Origin: Gammaproteobacteria bacterium
GTDB lineage: Bacteria > Pseudomonadota > Gammaproteobacteria > Steroidobacterales > JACDCP01
Direction of reading: 5' to 3'
Assembly (NCBI GenBank): GCA_050740235.1
Contig: JBOIDB010000072.1
Span: forward strand, 972 to 64,971
DNA: 64,000 nucleotides
Shown here one piece after another: positions 1 through 9,635 of the stretch; the stretch's first letter is position 1; each line of letters begins with the position of its first letter. The notes under the pieces are model-generated. The model saw only the letters and a list, made by a program, of their open reading frames with translations, had not been told where the DNA came from and did not search any database. Both the position numbers and the translations under genes were made by a program.

Positions 1-2
1 CG

Positions 3-254
3 GTTCTGGAATTCACCGGCCGGTCAAGCCTGGCCCGGCTGCCGGACGCCGGCAAGCTAAGGGCCCTGACGCTGCGCGAGCGTGAAACCTATGCGCTTTT
101 GTGCGAAGGCTGTACGAACGCGCAGATCGCCTGGCGGTTGCATATCTCGGAGAAGACGGTGCGCAATCATATCTCACGCATTTACGACAAGCTGGGCGTG
201 CGCAGCCGCGCCGAGGCGATCGTCTTCGCTCACGAGCACGCTCCGGGCCGCTGA
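3..254 (+). CDS. LuxR/FixJ-type HTH domain, C-terminal fragment (5' end cut by window edge)
   Basis: Frame 3 reads ...LTLRERETYALLCEGCTNAQIAWRLHISEKTVRNHISRIYDKLGVRSRAEAIVFA..., a canonical LuxR-type HTH. Stop TGA at 252-254. Absent from the ORF track because it has no start in the window. Confidence 0.8.
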   Translation, partial: VLEFTGRSSLARLPDAGKLRALTLRERETYALLCEGCTNAQIAWRLHISEKTVRNHISRIYDKLGVRSRAEAIVFAHEHAPGR

Positions 255-381
255 CCGGGACAAATGTCCCGCCCCGATCGCGAATCGGCGCCCGAACCGG
301 GACAAGCTTCCTATCGAAATGTCCCGGCCGCTCCCGCAAGCTGCCCGCCCTTGATACCTACAGAAGGCAGGAGATGCGGCA

Positions 382-1440
382 ATGGAATTGAACCAGGCCA
401 AGCTCGAGGAATTCGTACACCACGCTTTTACCGAACTGTCCGCCAACGCCGGCGGAGTCATGGTCTCCATCGGAGACAAGCTGGGGCTGTACCGCGCCAT
501 GGCCGGGGCCGGCCCGTTGACGGCGGAGGAGCTGGCGAAACGAGCCGGCTGCGCGGAACGTTACGTGCGTGAATGGCTGAACAGCCAGGCCGCGGGCGGC
601 TATGTTGAGTACCACCCCGAAAGCGCTACCTTCGAGCTGACGCCCGAGCAGGCAATGGTGCTGGCCGACGAGACGAGCCCGGTGTTCCTGCCCGCCGCCT
701 GGGAGCTGGCGGCTTCCATGTGGCTGGACGAAGAGAAGACGCTGGATGCGTTCCGGACCGGCAAGGGCGTCGCCTGGGACGCGCACAACGAGCGTCTGTT
801 CTGTGGCACCGCGGCGTTCTTCCGCAACGGCTACCAGGAAAACCTCGTGGCCAACTGGCTGCCGTCGCTCGAGGGCGTCACGAAGAAGCTGGAGAAAGGC
901 GCGCTCGTCGCCGATATCGGCTGCGGTTACGGGCATTCCAGCATCATCATGGCGAAGGCGTTTCCCAATTCGCGCTTCCGCGGTTACGACTATCACGAAG
1001 AGTCGATCGAGGCCGCGCGGAAGAACGCGAAAGCCGCCGGGCTCGGCGATCGCGTGCGATTCGACGTGGCCAAAGCCAAGGACTATCCGAACGCCGGCTA
1101 CGATCTGATCTGCTTCTTCGATTGTCTGCACGACATGGGCGATCCCGTCGGCGCGGCCAAGCACGCCCGCGTGGCACTGGCGAAAGACGGCACCGTCATG
1201 CTGGTGGAGCCTTTCGCCGGCGATCGGCTCGAGGAGAACCTGAATCCGATCGGGCGGATGTACTACTCGGCCTCCACGACGCTGTGCTGCGCCCACTCCC
1301 TGTCGGAGGAAGTCGGCGCCGCGCTGGGCGCCCAGGCCGGCGAGGAACGTCTGGCCAGCGTGTTCCGCCGCGCGGGCTTCACGCGCGTACGACGTGCGAC
1401 CGAGACGCCGTTCAACCTGATCCTGGAAGCGCGTCCCTGA
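382..1440 (+). CDS. Class I SAM-dependent methyltransferase with N-terminal winged-helix-like domain
   Basis: ATG at 382 preceded by AGGCAGGAG. SAM-binding motif VADIGCGYGHSS, and later FFDCLHDMGDP. Preferred over the 379-aa antisense ORF at 358-1497. Confidence 0.85.
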   Translation: MELNQAKLEEFVHHAFTELSANAGGVMVSIGDKLGLYRAMAGAGPLTAEELAKRAGCAERYVREWLNSQAAGGYVEYHPESATFELTPEQAMVLADETSPVFLPAAWELAASMWLDEEKTLDAFRTGKGVAWDAHNERLFCGTAAFFRNGYQENLVANWLPSLEGVTKKLEKGALVADIGCGYGHSSIIMAKAFPNSRFRGYDYHEESIEAARKNAKAAGLGDRVRFDVAKAKDYPNAGYDLICFFDCLHDMGDPVGAAKHARVALAKDGTVMLVEPFAGDRLEENLNPIGRMYYSASTTLCCAHSLSEEVGAALGAQAGEERLASVFRRAGFTRVRRATETPFNLILEARP

Positions 1441-1478
1441 CGGCGTAGCGGATATCGGGCCCGCCGAAAGCCGGGCGG

Positions 1479-1994
1479 ATGGCAATGTGGAAGTCATGGC
1501 GGGTGCCGGTACTTGCAGCCTGTCTGCTCGTGACCGGCGCCTCGCTCCTTCCTGTCGCGCGAGCAGTGGCGCAGGACGACAAGCTGGAATCGCCGCCGGC
1601 TCCGACCGCGGCGGAAACCCATGAACGTGTCCAGCGTTTGCTCGAGCAGGGCGATGCAGAGCTCGAGTTCGGCCTGATCAACGGAGCGCTTTTCTACTAC
1701 GACCAGGCGTGGCAGCTCGACGAACGATATCCGGGGGTATCGGAGCGCCTCCGGAAAGTGGCCGACCTGATGATCGAGAATGCGCCGCGCGCCGATGACG
1801 AGGACGGGCTGGAAGTCTATCTCCGCGATATCGACAACCTGATGGCGCGAGGGGCCTTGAAAAGCTACGACGGACTGATCGAGCAGCGCATGGCCGCCCA
1901 GCAGGCGTTCGCCGGCCTCGGGAAGCCGCCGAATGAGCGCGGGCTTTCTCCGCGCGCCGTATCTGACTTCACATCGCAGGGGATAGAGGAATGA
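1479..1994 (+). CDS. Hypothetical exported protein
   Basis: Signal-peptide-like N-terminus MAMWKSWRVPVLAACLLVTGASLLPVARAVAQ. The stop overlaps the next gene's start (ATGA at 1991-1994), suggesting co-translation. Confidence 0.55.
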   Translation: MAMWKSWRVPVLAACLLVTGASLLPVARAVAQDDKLESPPAPTAAETHERVQRLLEQGDAELEFGLINGALFYYDQAWQLDERYPGVSERLRKVADLMIENAPRADDEDGLEVYLRDIDNLMARGALKSYDGLIEQRMAAQQAFAGLGKPPNERGLSPRAVSDFTSQGIEE

Positions 1995-2758
1995 CCGTTT
2001 TACTGCTGATCTTCTTCGCCATGTTCGCGGTTTTCGCGCTGCTTGAGCTGCTACGCCCGCGGCAGGGCTATCCAAATGCAAGATTCTGGAGGCTGCGCGG
2101 CGCGCTGGCGTTTGTCGCTTACCTTGGCGTCGCCACCTTCTCGCCGCTACTGTGGGATGCCTTTCTCGGCGGCCACCGGCTGTTCGATCTGAGCGGCCTG
2201 CCGCTGTGGGCGCAGATCGCGATCGGGTTTGGCGCGGCCGAGCTGGTCGGCTACACCTGGCACCGCACGATGCACGCCACGCCGTTTTTATGGCGCTGGT
2301 TCCACCAGATGCACCACTCCGCCGAGCGCATGGACGTATGGGGCGCGTTCTGGTTCAGCCCGCTCGACACGGTCGGCTTCACCTTTGCCGGCAGCCTGGC
2401 GCTGGTGGGCATCGCCGGCGTCACCGCGCCGGCCGCAATCGTCATCAACATCGCGATGATGTTCCTGTCGATGTGGACGCATGCCAACATCAAGACCCCG
2501 CACTGGCTCGGCTACATCGTCGCGCGGCCGGAGTCGCACTCCGCGCATCACGCGCGCGGAGTGCATCGCTATAACTACTGCGACGTGCCGCTGATCGACA
2601 TGCTGTTCGGCACCTTCCGCAATCCGCGCACGCTGATCGCCGAAGCCGGCTTCTACGACGGCGCCTCGCTCAAGGTCGGCCAGATGCTGCTGGGCCGGGA
2701 CATCTACGATTACGGCCGGGATGACGAGGAGGCGGGAGCGCCAGGCGCCACGGCGTGA
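1991..2758 (+). CDS. Fatty acid hydroxylase / sterol desaturase superfamily membrane protein
   Basis: Three histidine boxes (HRTMH, HQMHH, HSAHH) and several hydrophobic segments. Confidence 0.85.
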   Translation: MTVLLLIFFAMFAVFALLELLRPRQGYPNARFWRLRGALAFVAYLGVATFSPLLWDAFLGGHRLFDLSGLPLWAQIAIGFGAAELVGYTWHRTMHATPFLWRWFHQMHHSAERMDVWGAFWFSPLDTVGFTFAGSLALVGIAGVTAPAAIVINIAMMFLSMWTHANIKTPHWLGYIVARPESHSAHHARGVHRYNYCDVPLIDMLFGTFRNPRTLIAEAGFYDGASLKVGQMLLGRDIYDYGRDDEEAGAPGATA

Positions 2759-2760
2759 TC

Positions 2761-4944
2761 TCAGCCGCAGCTGCCGAGCCCGGCGATCCAGTCGCTGATC
2801 AGTTGTGCGCCGGGTTCGTCGACGAGGTTCGTCGCGAGCGGCGGCATCGCCGCGGCATCGCGCCGGCTCATGCGTTCGAGGAGCACCGATCGCTCGGGCG
2901 AACCCGGCGCGATGATGCGCGCGTCGGCAATGCCGAGGTCGCCGTTCGAAGGCACGGTGTCACAGGCGCCCGTGTCGCGCAGGGAAGTATCGAAGCGCAG
3001 ATCCATGCCCGCCGGACCGTTCGGCCGATGACACTGCGCGCAGTTGGTGTGCAGATACGCCCGGGCCCGCGCATCGAGCATCAGTGAAGCATCGAACGGA
3101 TCGGCGAGTTGCGGCAAGGTGTCCGGCTCGCCGGCCAGCGGCGACTCGAACATCGCGATCGCGTCGAGCGTCGCGAGCTGATTCGCCGTGCGCCCGGTCG
3201 ACGGATAGTTGAAGTCCTGGTTGAGCTGCGCGATTTCGAGACCGAGGCTGAAGCCGGCCGCGGACGTGTGGCACTCGAGGCACTGCGCGCCACTGGGGTA
3301 GATCCACGTCTGATTCCCGAGGTCGACCATCTTGCCGCCTTCTACCAGTGTCGCGTCGCTCATGTCGCTTGCCCACTCATAGCTGTAGCCGGCCCAGTCG
3401 CCATCCGGATGGCGCATGAACAGGCGCGTTTCGATAAGCTGGCCGCCCAGTGAAAAGTGCTTCATCAGCACGCTGCCCGGTGGAAATACGAAATCGTCCT
3501 CGCCGTCGATCGCGATGGTCGTGCCGTCGGGAATCGCCAGCCAGCGCTGCTTGTCCGCGCCGTCGGAATGAAACGGCGCGCGAATCGCGTAGGGGATCAG
3601 GCCCGCCGCCGGCTGCAAAGGATCGGTGGCCGCGACGCAGCCCGTGGTCGAAAGCTGACTGGCCACCGGCTGGCCGGAAGGCGGCGCGGCCGGCATCAGC
3701 CGGTGGATGCCGCCGCCGCCGAAGTCCACGACATAGACCTCCCCGTTCGCATCCTGGCCGAACGCCGAGATCGCCAGATTGGTCCCTTCGGCCAGCACCT
3801 GCGCCTCGAGCCCGCCGTTGCCGTCGTCGACGAGTCCCCAGATCGTGCCGCTGCCGAAATCGCCGTAGATGAAGCTGCCGTCGAGCGCCGGGATATCGCT
3901 GCCGCGGTAGACGTAGCCGCCCGTGATCGAAACGCCTTCGGCATGCGAGTATTCGGCGACGGGATCGATCAGGCCCGTCGCGTCACAGGTCGCCGCGTTG
4001 AAACAGTGCATGCCCTCGCGCACGTTCCAGCCGTAGTTGCCGCCCAGGTCGACCCGGTCGACTTCCTCCCATTGGGCTTGCCCCACGTCGCCGAGCCAAA
4101 GCTCGCCCGTGGCCGTGTCGAAGCTCCAGCGCCAGGGATTGCGGAACCCCCAGGCGAAGATCTCCGGGCAGCCGCCGGCCGTGCAGCCGCCGCTCCCGGC
4201 GAACGGATTGCCCGGCGGAATCGCGTAGGGTGTCGCGCTGTCGACGTCGATGCGCAGCATGGCGCCGAGGCGGTTCGACGTGTCCTGGCCGTTGCCCTGC
4301 GGGTCGCCGCCGGAGCCGCCATCGCCGAAGCCTATGTACAGAAAGTCATCCGGCCCGAAATCGATATTGCCGCCATTGTGGTTGGCGAACGGCTGATTCT
4401 GCGTGAGGATCGTCTCCTCGGAAGCCGGGTCCAGCGTCTGACCGCCGTCGAAGCTCGTGAAGCGCGCTATGTGAGAAACGAGCGGCGAACCGGGCGCCGT
4501 GTACGACAGGAACACCTGGCCGTTCGAGGAGAAGTCGGGATGGAACGCGATGCCGAGCAAGCCCGCCTCGCTCGGGTCCGAATCGACGCTTCCGGTAAGA
4601 TCGAGGACGACGCCTGCGCTGGTGACAGCAGCGTCGTTCTCGAACACCCTCACCCTCCCGGCGCGCTCGAGCACGAACCAGCGCGAATCGTCGCCGGGCG
4701 CCTGGCGCAGCGCCACCGGCTGATCGAATGCCGGCAAGCTCGTGAAAACCGGCTCGACCGTGACCTCGAACGAGCCGCCGTTCCGTTCGGGTGCGATGCA
4801 ATCCGGATTCGAGGGACGCGCGTCGAGGCCGGAAACTTCCGGATCGGGTGGCGGCGGCCCGGGCGGCTGCGAAGAGCCGCTGCCGCCACCGCAGGCTGCC
4901 AGCCCGGCCAGCGCGAGTACGAGCCAACCCAGTTGCCTGGTCAT
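2761..4944 (-). CDS. PQQ-dependent sugar (glucose/sorbosone) dehydrogenase-like lipoprotein with C-terminal CxxCH motifs
   Basis: Lipobox LALAGLAACGG. Beta-propeller motifs HNGGNIDFGPDDFLYIGFGDGGSGGDPQGNGQ and GFRNPWRWSFD. Two CxxCH heme-c-type motifs (CLECH, CAQCH) in the C-terminal third. Confidence 0.85.
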   Translation of the reverse strand: MTRQLGWLVLALAGLAACGGGSGSSQPPGPPPPDPEVSGLDARPSNPDCIAPERNGGSFEVTVEPVFTSLPAFDQPVALRQAPGDDSRWFVLERAGRVRVFENDAAVTSAGVVLDLTGSVDSDPSEAGLLGIAFHPDFSSNGQVFLSYTAPGSPLVSHIARFTSFDGGQTLDPASEETILTQNQPFANHNGGNIDFGPDDFLYIGFGDGGSGGDPQGNGQDTSNRLGAMLRIDVDSATPYAIPPGNPFAGSGGCTAGGCPEIFAWGFRNPWRWSFDTATGELWLGDVGQAQWEEVDRVDLGGNYGWNVREGMHCFNAATCDATGLIDPVAEYSHAEGVSITGGYVYRGSDIPALDGSFIYGDFGSGTIWGLVDDGNGGLEAQVLAEGTNLAISAFGQDANGEVYVVDFGGGGIHRLMPAAPPSGQPVASQLSTTGCVAATDPLQPAAGLIPYAIRAPFHSDGADKQRWLAIPDGTTIAIDGEDDFVFPPGSVLMKHFSLGGQLIETRLFMRHPDGDWAGYSYEWASDMSDATLVEGGKMVDLGNQTWIYPSGAQCLECHTSAAGFSLGLEIAQLNQDFNYPSTGRTANQLATLDAIAMFESPLAGEPDTLPQLADPFDASLMLDARARAYLHTNCAQCHRPNGPAGMDLRFDTSLRDTGACDTVPSNGDLGIADARIIAPGSPERSVLLERMSRRDAAAMPPLATNLVDEPGAQLISDWIAGLGSCG

Positions 4945-5144
4945 GCGCCATTGTCTCCGTCCCTCTACCGTTTGTCAGTCTTTTCGGAAGGGCGTTCCCG
5001 GTGAGAACTTGTTTTACCGGGTCCCGGCTTTTGCCGGGAAGACGAGGGGAAGTGCGTGCGCCGGGACGACGGTGCAACGAGCCGCCCGGCGATTCGCATC
5101 CCGATCAGCGCCGCAGGCCGTTTCGCGTTAAAGTCCGCCTCTTC

Positions 5145-5915
5145 ATGCTCGAGAATCCGTCGAAAAGAAAACCCGAGCTGATCGCTCATCGCGGTTTCGC
5201 CCAGCGCTACCCGGAGAATACCCGTATCGCGCTGCGTGCTGCGCTCGAGGCCGGCGCGCGCTTCGTCGAGTTCGACGTGCAGCTCACTGCCGACGGCGTT
5301 CCGGTCCTGTTGCACGATGCGGAGCTGACACGCACGGCCGGCATCCAGGGCAACGTGCTCGACATGACGCTGCGCGAGCTGATCGGCGTGCGCGTGGCCG
5401 AGCCGAACCGGTTCGGGGACAGCTACCAGGAACCGGTCCCGCTGCTCGAGGACATCGTGCATCTGCTCGGCGCCTGGCCGGATGCAACTGCGTTCGTCGA
5501 GATCAAGCGCGCCAGCCTGCGCCGTTTCGGCATCGCTCAGGTGCTGGAGCGGGTCATGCGCTGTCTCGAGCCGATCATCGACCGGTGCGCCGTAATCTCA
5601 TTCGAGTATCACGCCGTCTTGAAGGCGCGCCAGCTCGGTGCCCGCGCCATCGGCTGGGTCATCGACACCTGGCACGATCGGGTGCGCGATGCTGCGGCGA
5701 AGCTGGCGCCGCAATACCTGTTCGTCGACCACGAGCTGCTGCCGCCGGCGCCGCAACCGCTCTGGGAGGGCCCGTGGCGCTGGGCAGTATACGAAGTCGT
5801 CGACCCCGCGCTCGCGCTCGAGCTTGCCCGGCGCGGCGTCGATTTCGTGGAGACCATGGCCATCGGACCGATGCTCGCCGACGAGCGCCTGCGCAACCCG
5901 TCTGTCGTTGCCTGA
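5145..5915 (+). CDS. Glycerophosphodiester phosphodiesterase (GDPD family)
   Basis: From ATG 5145 the protein reads MLENPSKRKPELIAHRGFAQRYPENTRIALRAALEAGARFVEFDVQLTADGVPVLLHD (the GDPD HRG...E.D motif). The track ORF from 4791 is an arginine-rich 5' over-extension. Confidence 0.85.
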   Translation: MLENPSKRKPELIAHRGFAQRYPENTRIALRAALEAGARFVEFDVQLTADGVPVLLHDAELTRTAGIQGNVLDMTLRELIGVRVAEPNRFGDSYQEPVPLLEDIVHLLGAWPDATAFVEIKRASLRRFGIAQVLERVMRCLEPIIDRCAVISFEYHAVLKARQLGARAIGWVIDTWHDRVRDAAAKLAPQYLFVDHELLPPAPQPLWEGPWRWAVYEVVDPALALELARRGVDFVETMAIGPMLADERLRNPSVVA

Positions 5916-7095
5916 TACCTACGACATTGTCGTCATCGGCGGCGGCATCAACGGCGTGGGCGTGGCGCAGGCGGCAGCAGCCGCCGGCCATTCCGTACTG
6001 CTCGTCGAGAAGCACTCGCTCGCCCACGGCTCGTCGAGCCGCTCGAGCAAGCTGATCCACGGCGGCCTGCGGTACCTCGAGAGCGGCAACTTCGGGCTCG
6101 TGCGCGAAGGGCTCGATCAACGCCGCGCTCTGTTGCGGCTGGCGCCCGAGCTGGTGCACCTGCGTCCGTTCCATATCCCGGTTTATCCGGAGACGCGGCG
6201 CCGGCCGATGCTGCTGCGCCTCGGCCTTTCCCTGTATGCCCTGCTCGGCAACCTGCGACCGGCGGCGCGCTTCGCCACGCTACCGCGCAGCCAATGGGAT
6301 ACGCTCGACGGCTTGCGCACCAATACGCTGCAGGCTGTGTTCCGCTACTTCGATGCGCAAACCGACGATGCGGCCCTGACGGCAGCGGTGATGCGTTCAG
6401 CCATGTCGCTGGGCGCCGAGCTCGCGCTGCCTGCAGAGTTCGTCGGGGGGCACCTCACCGATGACGGCTGCCGCATCGACCTCCGCACGGAGCGCGGCGA
6501 GCGAACCGTCGCCGCGACCGTGATGGTCAACGCGGCCGGCGCCTGGGTACGGGAAGTGCTGAAGGCTTTGCGGCCTTCCGTGCCGCCGCGCGACATCGTA
6601 CTGGTTCAAGGCACGCACCTGATCGTCCGCGGCGAGCTGCGCAAGGGCCTGTACTACGTGGAGAGCCCGCGCGACGGCCGGGCGGTGTTCGTCATGCCGT
6701 GGCACGCCGGCGAAATGCTGATCGGCACCACCGAGACGAGATTCCGGGGCGATCCGGATCACGTGCGGCCGCTCGCCGCGGAAATCCATTACCTGACATC
6801 CGTGCTGCGGCACTACTTTCCCCGCTTCGGCGACGCCGGCCAGCCGGAAGTGCTCGACACGTTCGCCGGGTTGCGCGTGCTGCCGGCGGGCGAAGGCCAC
6901 ATTTTTCATCGCACGCGCGAAACCCTGCTCGACGTCGACCGCACGTATCGGCCACGCGTCCTGACGATCAACGGCGGCAAGCTGACCAGCTTCCGCGCAA
7001 CGGCCGAAGCGGTCATGAATCGTATCGGCGCATCGCTGCCTTCGCGCAGCCGGCGTGCTCGGACCGGCGAGCTCGCGCTCGCACCGGCACGATGA
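5908..7095 (+). CDS. FAD-dependent glycerol-3-phosphate dehydrogenase/oxidase-like oxidoreductase
   Basis: Dinucleotide-binding motif YDIVVIGGGINGVGVA, then SSRSSKLIHGGLRYLE. The start is uncertain: TTG 5908 is the nearest in-frame start upstream of the GxGxxG motif and overlaps the GDPD stop. The protein is shorter than classical GlpD. Confidence 0.75.
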   Translation: MPDTYDIVVIGGGINGVGVAQAAAAAGHSVLLVEKHSLAHGSSSRSSKLIHGGLRYLESGNFGLVREGLDQRRALLRLAPELVHLRPFHIPVYPETRRRPMLLRLGLSLYALLGNLRPAARFATLPRSQWDTLDGLRTNTLQAVFRYFDAQTDDAALTAAVMRSAMSLGAELALPAEFVGGHLTDDGCRIDLRTERGERTVAATVMVNAAGAWVREVLKALRPSVPPRDIVLVQGTHLIVRGELRKGLYYVESPRDGRAVFVMPWHAGEMLIGTTETRFRGDPDHVRPLAAEIHYLTSVLRHYFPRFGDAGQPEVLDTFAGLRVLPAGEGHIFHRTRETLLDVDRTYRPRVLTINGGKLTSFRATAEAVMNRIGASLPSRSRRARTGELALAPAR

Positions 7096-8537
7096 GCAAT
7101 CGCTCCGACGCCCTGTATCTGGCCATCGACCAGGGCGGACACGCCAGCCGCGCCCTGCTGTTCGACGTCTCCGGCCAAGTCGTCGCGTCCGCATTCGCGC
7201 CGCTCGACACGCGGCATCCGCGTGAGGGTTGGGTGGAGCATGACGCGAAATCGATGATCGAATCCGTCCAGCTCGCCATACGCGATGTGCTGAGCGAAGT
7301 GGAGGACGTCGCCCGCATCCGCGCCGCCGGGCTGGCGACCCAGCGCTCCAGCATCGTGTGCTGGGACCGGCGCACGGGCGAACCTTTGTCGCCGGTCCTC
7401 TCGTGGCAGGACCGGCGCAATGCGGCGTGGCTCGAGCGCCAGCGCCTCGAACCGGACGAGTTGCGTAACATCACAGGCCTCGTGCCTTCGCCGCATTACG
7501 GCGCGAGCAAGCTGCGCTGGTGCCTCGATCATCTCGAAGCCGTGCGCCTCGCGAGCGAGCGAAAAACGCTCGCACTCGGCCCGGTGGCCGGCTTTCTCCT
7601 GTTCCGGCTGCTTGCCGGGCGACCATTCGTCATCGATCCGGCCAACGCGTCCCGCACGCTGCTGTGGGACTACCGATCGCGCGACTGGTCGGCATCTCTG
7701 CTCGAACAGTTCGGCTTACCGCGCCCGATTCTGCCGGACTGCGTCGGCAGCCGGCATGCGTTCGGCCATTTGCCGGTTGCCGGCGCGAGCATTCCGTTGA
7801 CGGTTTGCACCGGTGATCAATCCGCCGTGCCCTTTGCGTTCGGTCCGCCAGGCGCCGGAGCGGCGTATATCAACATCGGCACCGGCGCATTCGTGCAGCG
7901 CCTTATCGGTCGCGCGCCGCCGGCGACGCGGGGGCTGCTCGTCAGCGTGGCCTGGCAGCACGCGGCCGAGGCCATTTACGTCCTCGAAGGAACGGTCAAC
8001 GGTGCCGGCAGCGCGCTGGACGCGATCGGCTGCGCGCAGCCCGCTTCGGCATCCAAAGCGCGCGACGATACAGAGCTGCTGTTTCTCAACGGCGTCGGCG
8101 GCCTGGGCTCTCCGTTCTGGCTGCCGGAGTTCGAGTCGCGATTCATCGGTGACGGCGACGCGACTGCTCGGCAGGGCGCCGTCCTTGAAAGCATCGCCTT
8201 TCTCCTGCGGGAGAACCTCGATTTGATGCAGGAATTGTCCGGACGGCTCGAATGGCTCATCGTGACCGGCGGCATCGCGTCGCGCGACGAGTTGTGCCGG
8301 GCGATCGCCGGGCTCAGCGGAGTGAGTGTGCGGCGGCCGGAGTTGCGCGAAGCCACGGCGCGCGGACTGGCGTGGCTGGTCGCAGACCGGCCGTCCGGCT
8401 GGGAGGTGCCGATGGAGGAATTCGCGCCGGCGCGGGACGCGGGACTGCGATCGCGATTCGCGCGATGGCGCAAAGCTATGCGGAGCGCGATTCGGAAGTC
8501 AGGGCATCGAGTATCCGGGCGTCGATCCAGCTCGTGA
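7092..8537 (+). CDS. FGGY-family carbohydrate kinase (glycerol kinase-like)
   Basis: ATG 7092 overlaps the upstream stop (ATGA). N-terminus LYLAIDQGGHASRALLFD..GWVEHD matches FGGY kinases. The track ORF from 6699 is an over-extension. Confidence 0.8.
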   Translation: MSNRSDALYLAIDQGGHASRALLFDVSGQVVASAFAPLDTRHPREGWVEHDAKSMIESVQLAIRDVLSEVEDVARIRAAGLATQRSSIVCWDRRTGEPLSPVLSWQDRRNAAWLERQRLEPDELRNITGLVPSPHYGASKLRWCLDHLEAVRLASERKTLALGPVAGFLLFRLLAGRPFVIDPANASRTLLWDYRSRDWSASLLEQFGLPRPILPDCVGSRHAFGHLPVAGASIPLTVCTGDQSAVPFAFGPPGAGAAYINIGTGAFVQRLIGRAPPATRGLLVSVAWQHAAEAIYVLEGTVNGAGSALDAIGCAQPASASKARDDTELLFLNGVGGLGSPFWLPEFESRFIGDGDATARQGAVLESIAFLLRENLDLMQELSGRLEWLIVTGGIASRDELCRAIAGLSGVSVRRPELREATARGLAWLVADRPSGWEVPMEEFAPARDAGLRSRFARWRKAMRSAIRKSGHRVSGRRSSS

Positions 8538-9513
8538 GGCCGTAGCCCTGCAGAAAACCGCAGTGGCCGCCGAAGGTCGTGGTTTCGATGGTCAGACACT
8601 GCGGCGCCTTCAGCCGCCCCGCGTCCGCGAAAGGGATGATCGGATCGTCGATGGCGAGAATGACATGCGACGGCACCGACAGCTCGTCGAGCGCCCCGTC
8701 GACGATGCCGTAGCCTTTCAGATAGGCGGCAAGATCCGCAAACTCCGAATGGTGGCGCACCAGATAGTCCGTCATTTCCGTCAATGTCTTCAGCGCCAGC
8801 AGCTCGCGAAAGTCATAGATACCGGGATGACAGGACTGCTTGAGCTTGAGCGAGCGCTTCCACTTGCCGACGAAATGCAGCCGGTAGCCGAGCCAGCCGG
8901 ATTCGAGCGCCTCGAGCGTGTGCTCGGGATCGAGCACCGGGCAGACCGCGACTACGCGTTCGATGGCGAGATTCGCCTTGCGGGCTCGCGCGGCCACGCG
9001 AAGCGCGAAGTTTCCGCCAAGCGAGAAGCCGGCGAGATAAAGCCGATGCTGCGGAAGCCTGCGGGCGATTGCCTGCACGGCGCCGACGACTTCGTCGAGG
9101 CGGCAGGAATGGAAGACCTCGACGTTCAGGTGATGGCTTGCGCCGTGATCGCGAAGATTCAGCCGGAAGACGTCGAAACCGCGCGCATACAGATGCGCGG
9201 CCGCGGAAAGCTGGTAGGTCGAATCGGCGCTGCCCTCCCAGCCGTGAATGAGCACGACGATGCGAGGGGACATGCCCGACTTCGCGTCTGCGAAATCAGG
9301 CATGTCCCCTTTTGCCTGCGACGCTCCGTGCGAAGGCCCCGCGTAATAACCCTGCAAGCGCACGCCGGCGCCGCAATCGAGCACCAGGGGCCGCGAGGCT
9401 TCGAGGAGCTTGCGCGCTCGACGCATGACGAACGGGCGGCGCAGCCGCATGCTCGCGAGCACCGCCTGCACGTGCGGATTGCGCAGCGCGCGGTTGGGAA
9501 CGAATGGGCTCAA
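8476..9513 (-). CDS. Alpha/beta hydrolase, YheT/ABHD-type
   Basis: VVLIHGWEGSADS, nucleophile elbow GFSLGG, N-terminal F.P.R.L.NPH.Q. TTG start at 9513. The 3' end overlaps the convergent FGGY kinase gene by 62 bp. Confidence 0.8.
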   Translation of the reverse strand: MSPFVPNRALRNPHVQAVLASMRLRRPFVMRRARKLLEASRPLVLDCGAGVRLQGYYAGPSHGASQAKGDMPDFADAKSGMSPRIVVLIHGWEGSADSTYQLSAAAHLYARGFDVFRLNLRDHGASHHLNVEVFHSCRLDEVVGAVQAIARRLPQHRLYLAGFSLGGNFALRVAARARKANLAIERVVAVCPVLDPEHTLEALESGWLGYRLHFVGKWKRSLKLKQSCHPGIYDFRELLALKTLTEMTDYLVRHHSEFADLAAYLKGYGIVDGALDELSVPSHVILAIDDPIIPFADAGRLKAPQCLTIETTTFGGHCGFLQGYGLTSWIDARILDALTSESRSA

Positions 9514-9529
9514 TCAGCGAAAAAGAAGA

Positions 9530-9615
9530 GGAAAATCGGGGTCAGACCGAGATTTCGCGAATGACACCCAAAGAATTTCGTGGGCTGCGAAATCCCGGTC
9601 TGAGCCCGATTTTCC
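9530..9615. repeat. Family-A inverted-repeat element (copy A1)
   Basis: Left arm GGAAAATCGGGGTCAGACCGAGATTTCGC (9530-9558) matches the reverse complement of right arm 9587-9615 at 27/29 positions, with a ~28-nt spacer. The core AATCGGGGTCAGACCGRGATTT recurs at 49865-49952. Confidence 0.85.
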
Positions 9616-9635
9616 CGGCCATCCCACGGCGACCG

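Noticed and set aside
358-1497. 379-aa minus-strand ORF overlapping the methyltransferase gene
   Set aside because: It is a typical high-GC antisense ORF, Arg/Ala/Gly-rich with no recognisable motifs. The plus-strand frame has clear SAM-methyltransferase motifs and an RBS.
4791-5144. N-terminal extensions of track ORFs, including 4791-5144, 6699-7091, 17904-18662, 20414-20704, 38504-38797, 41096-41323 and 53393-54433
   Set aside because: The extended parts are Arg/Pro/Ala-rich and overlap upstream genes. Conserved N-terminal motifs, signal peptides and RBS-like sequences mark the internal starts used here.
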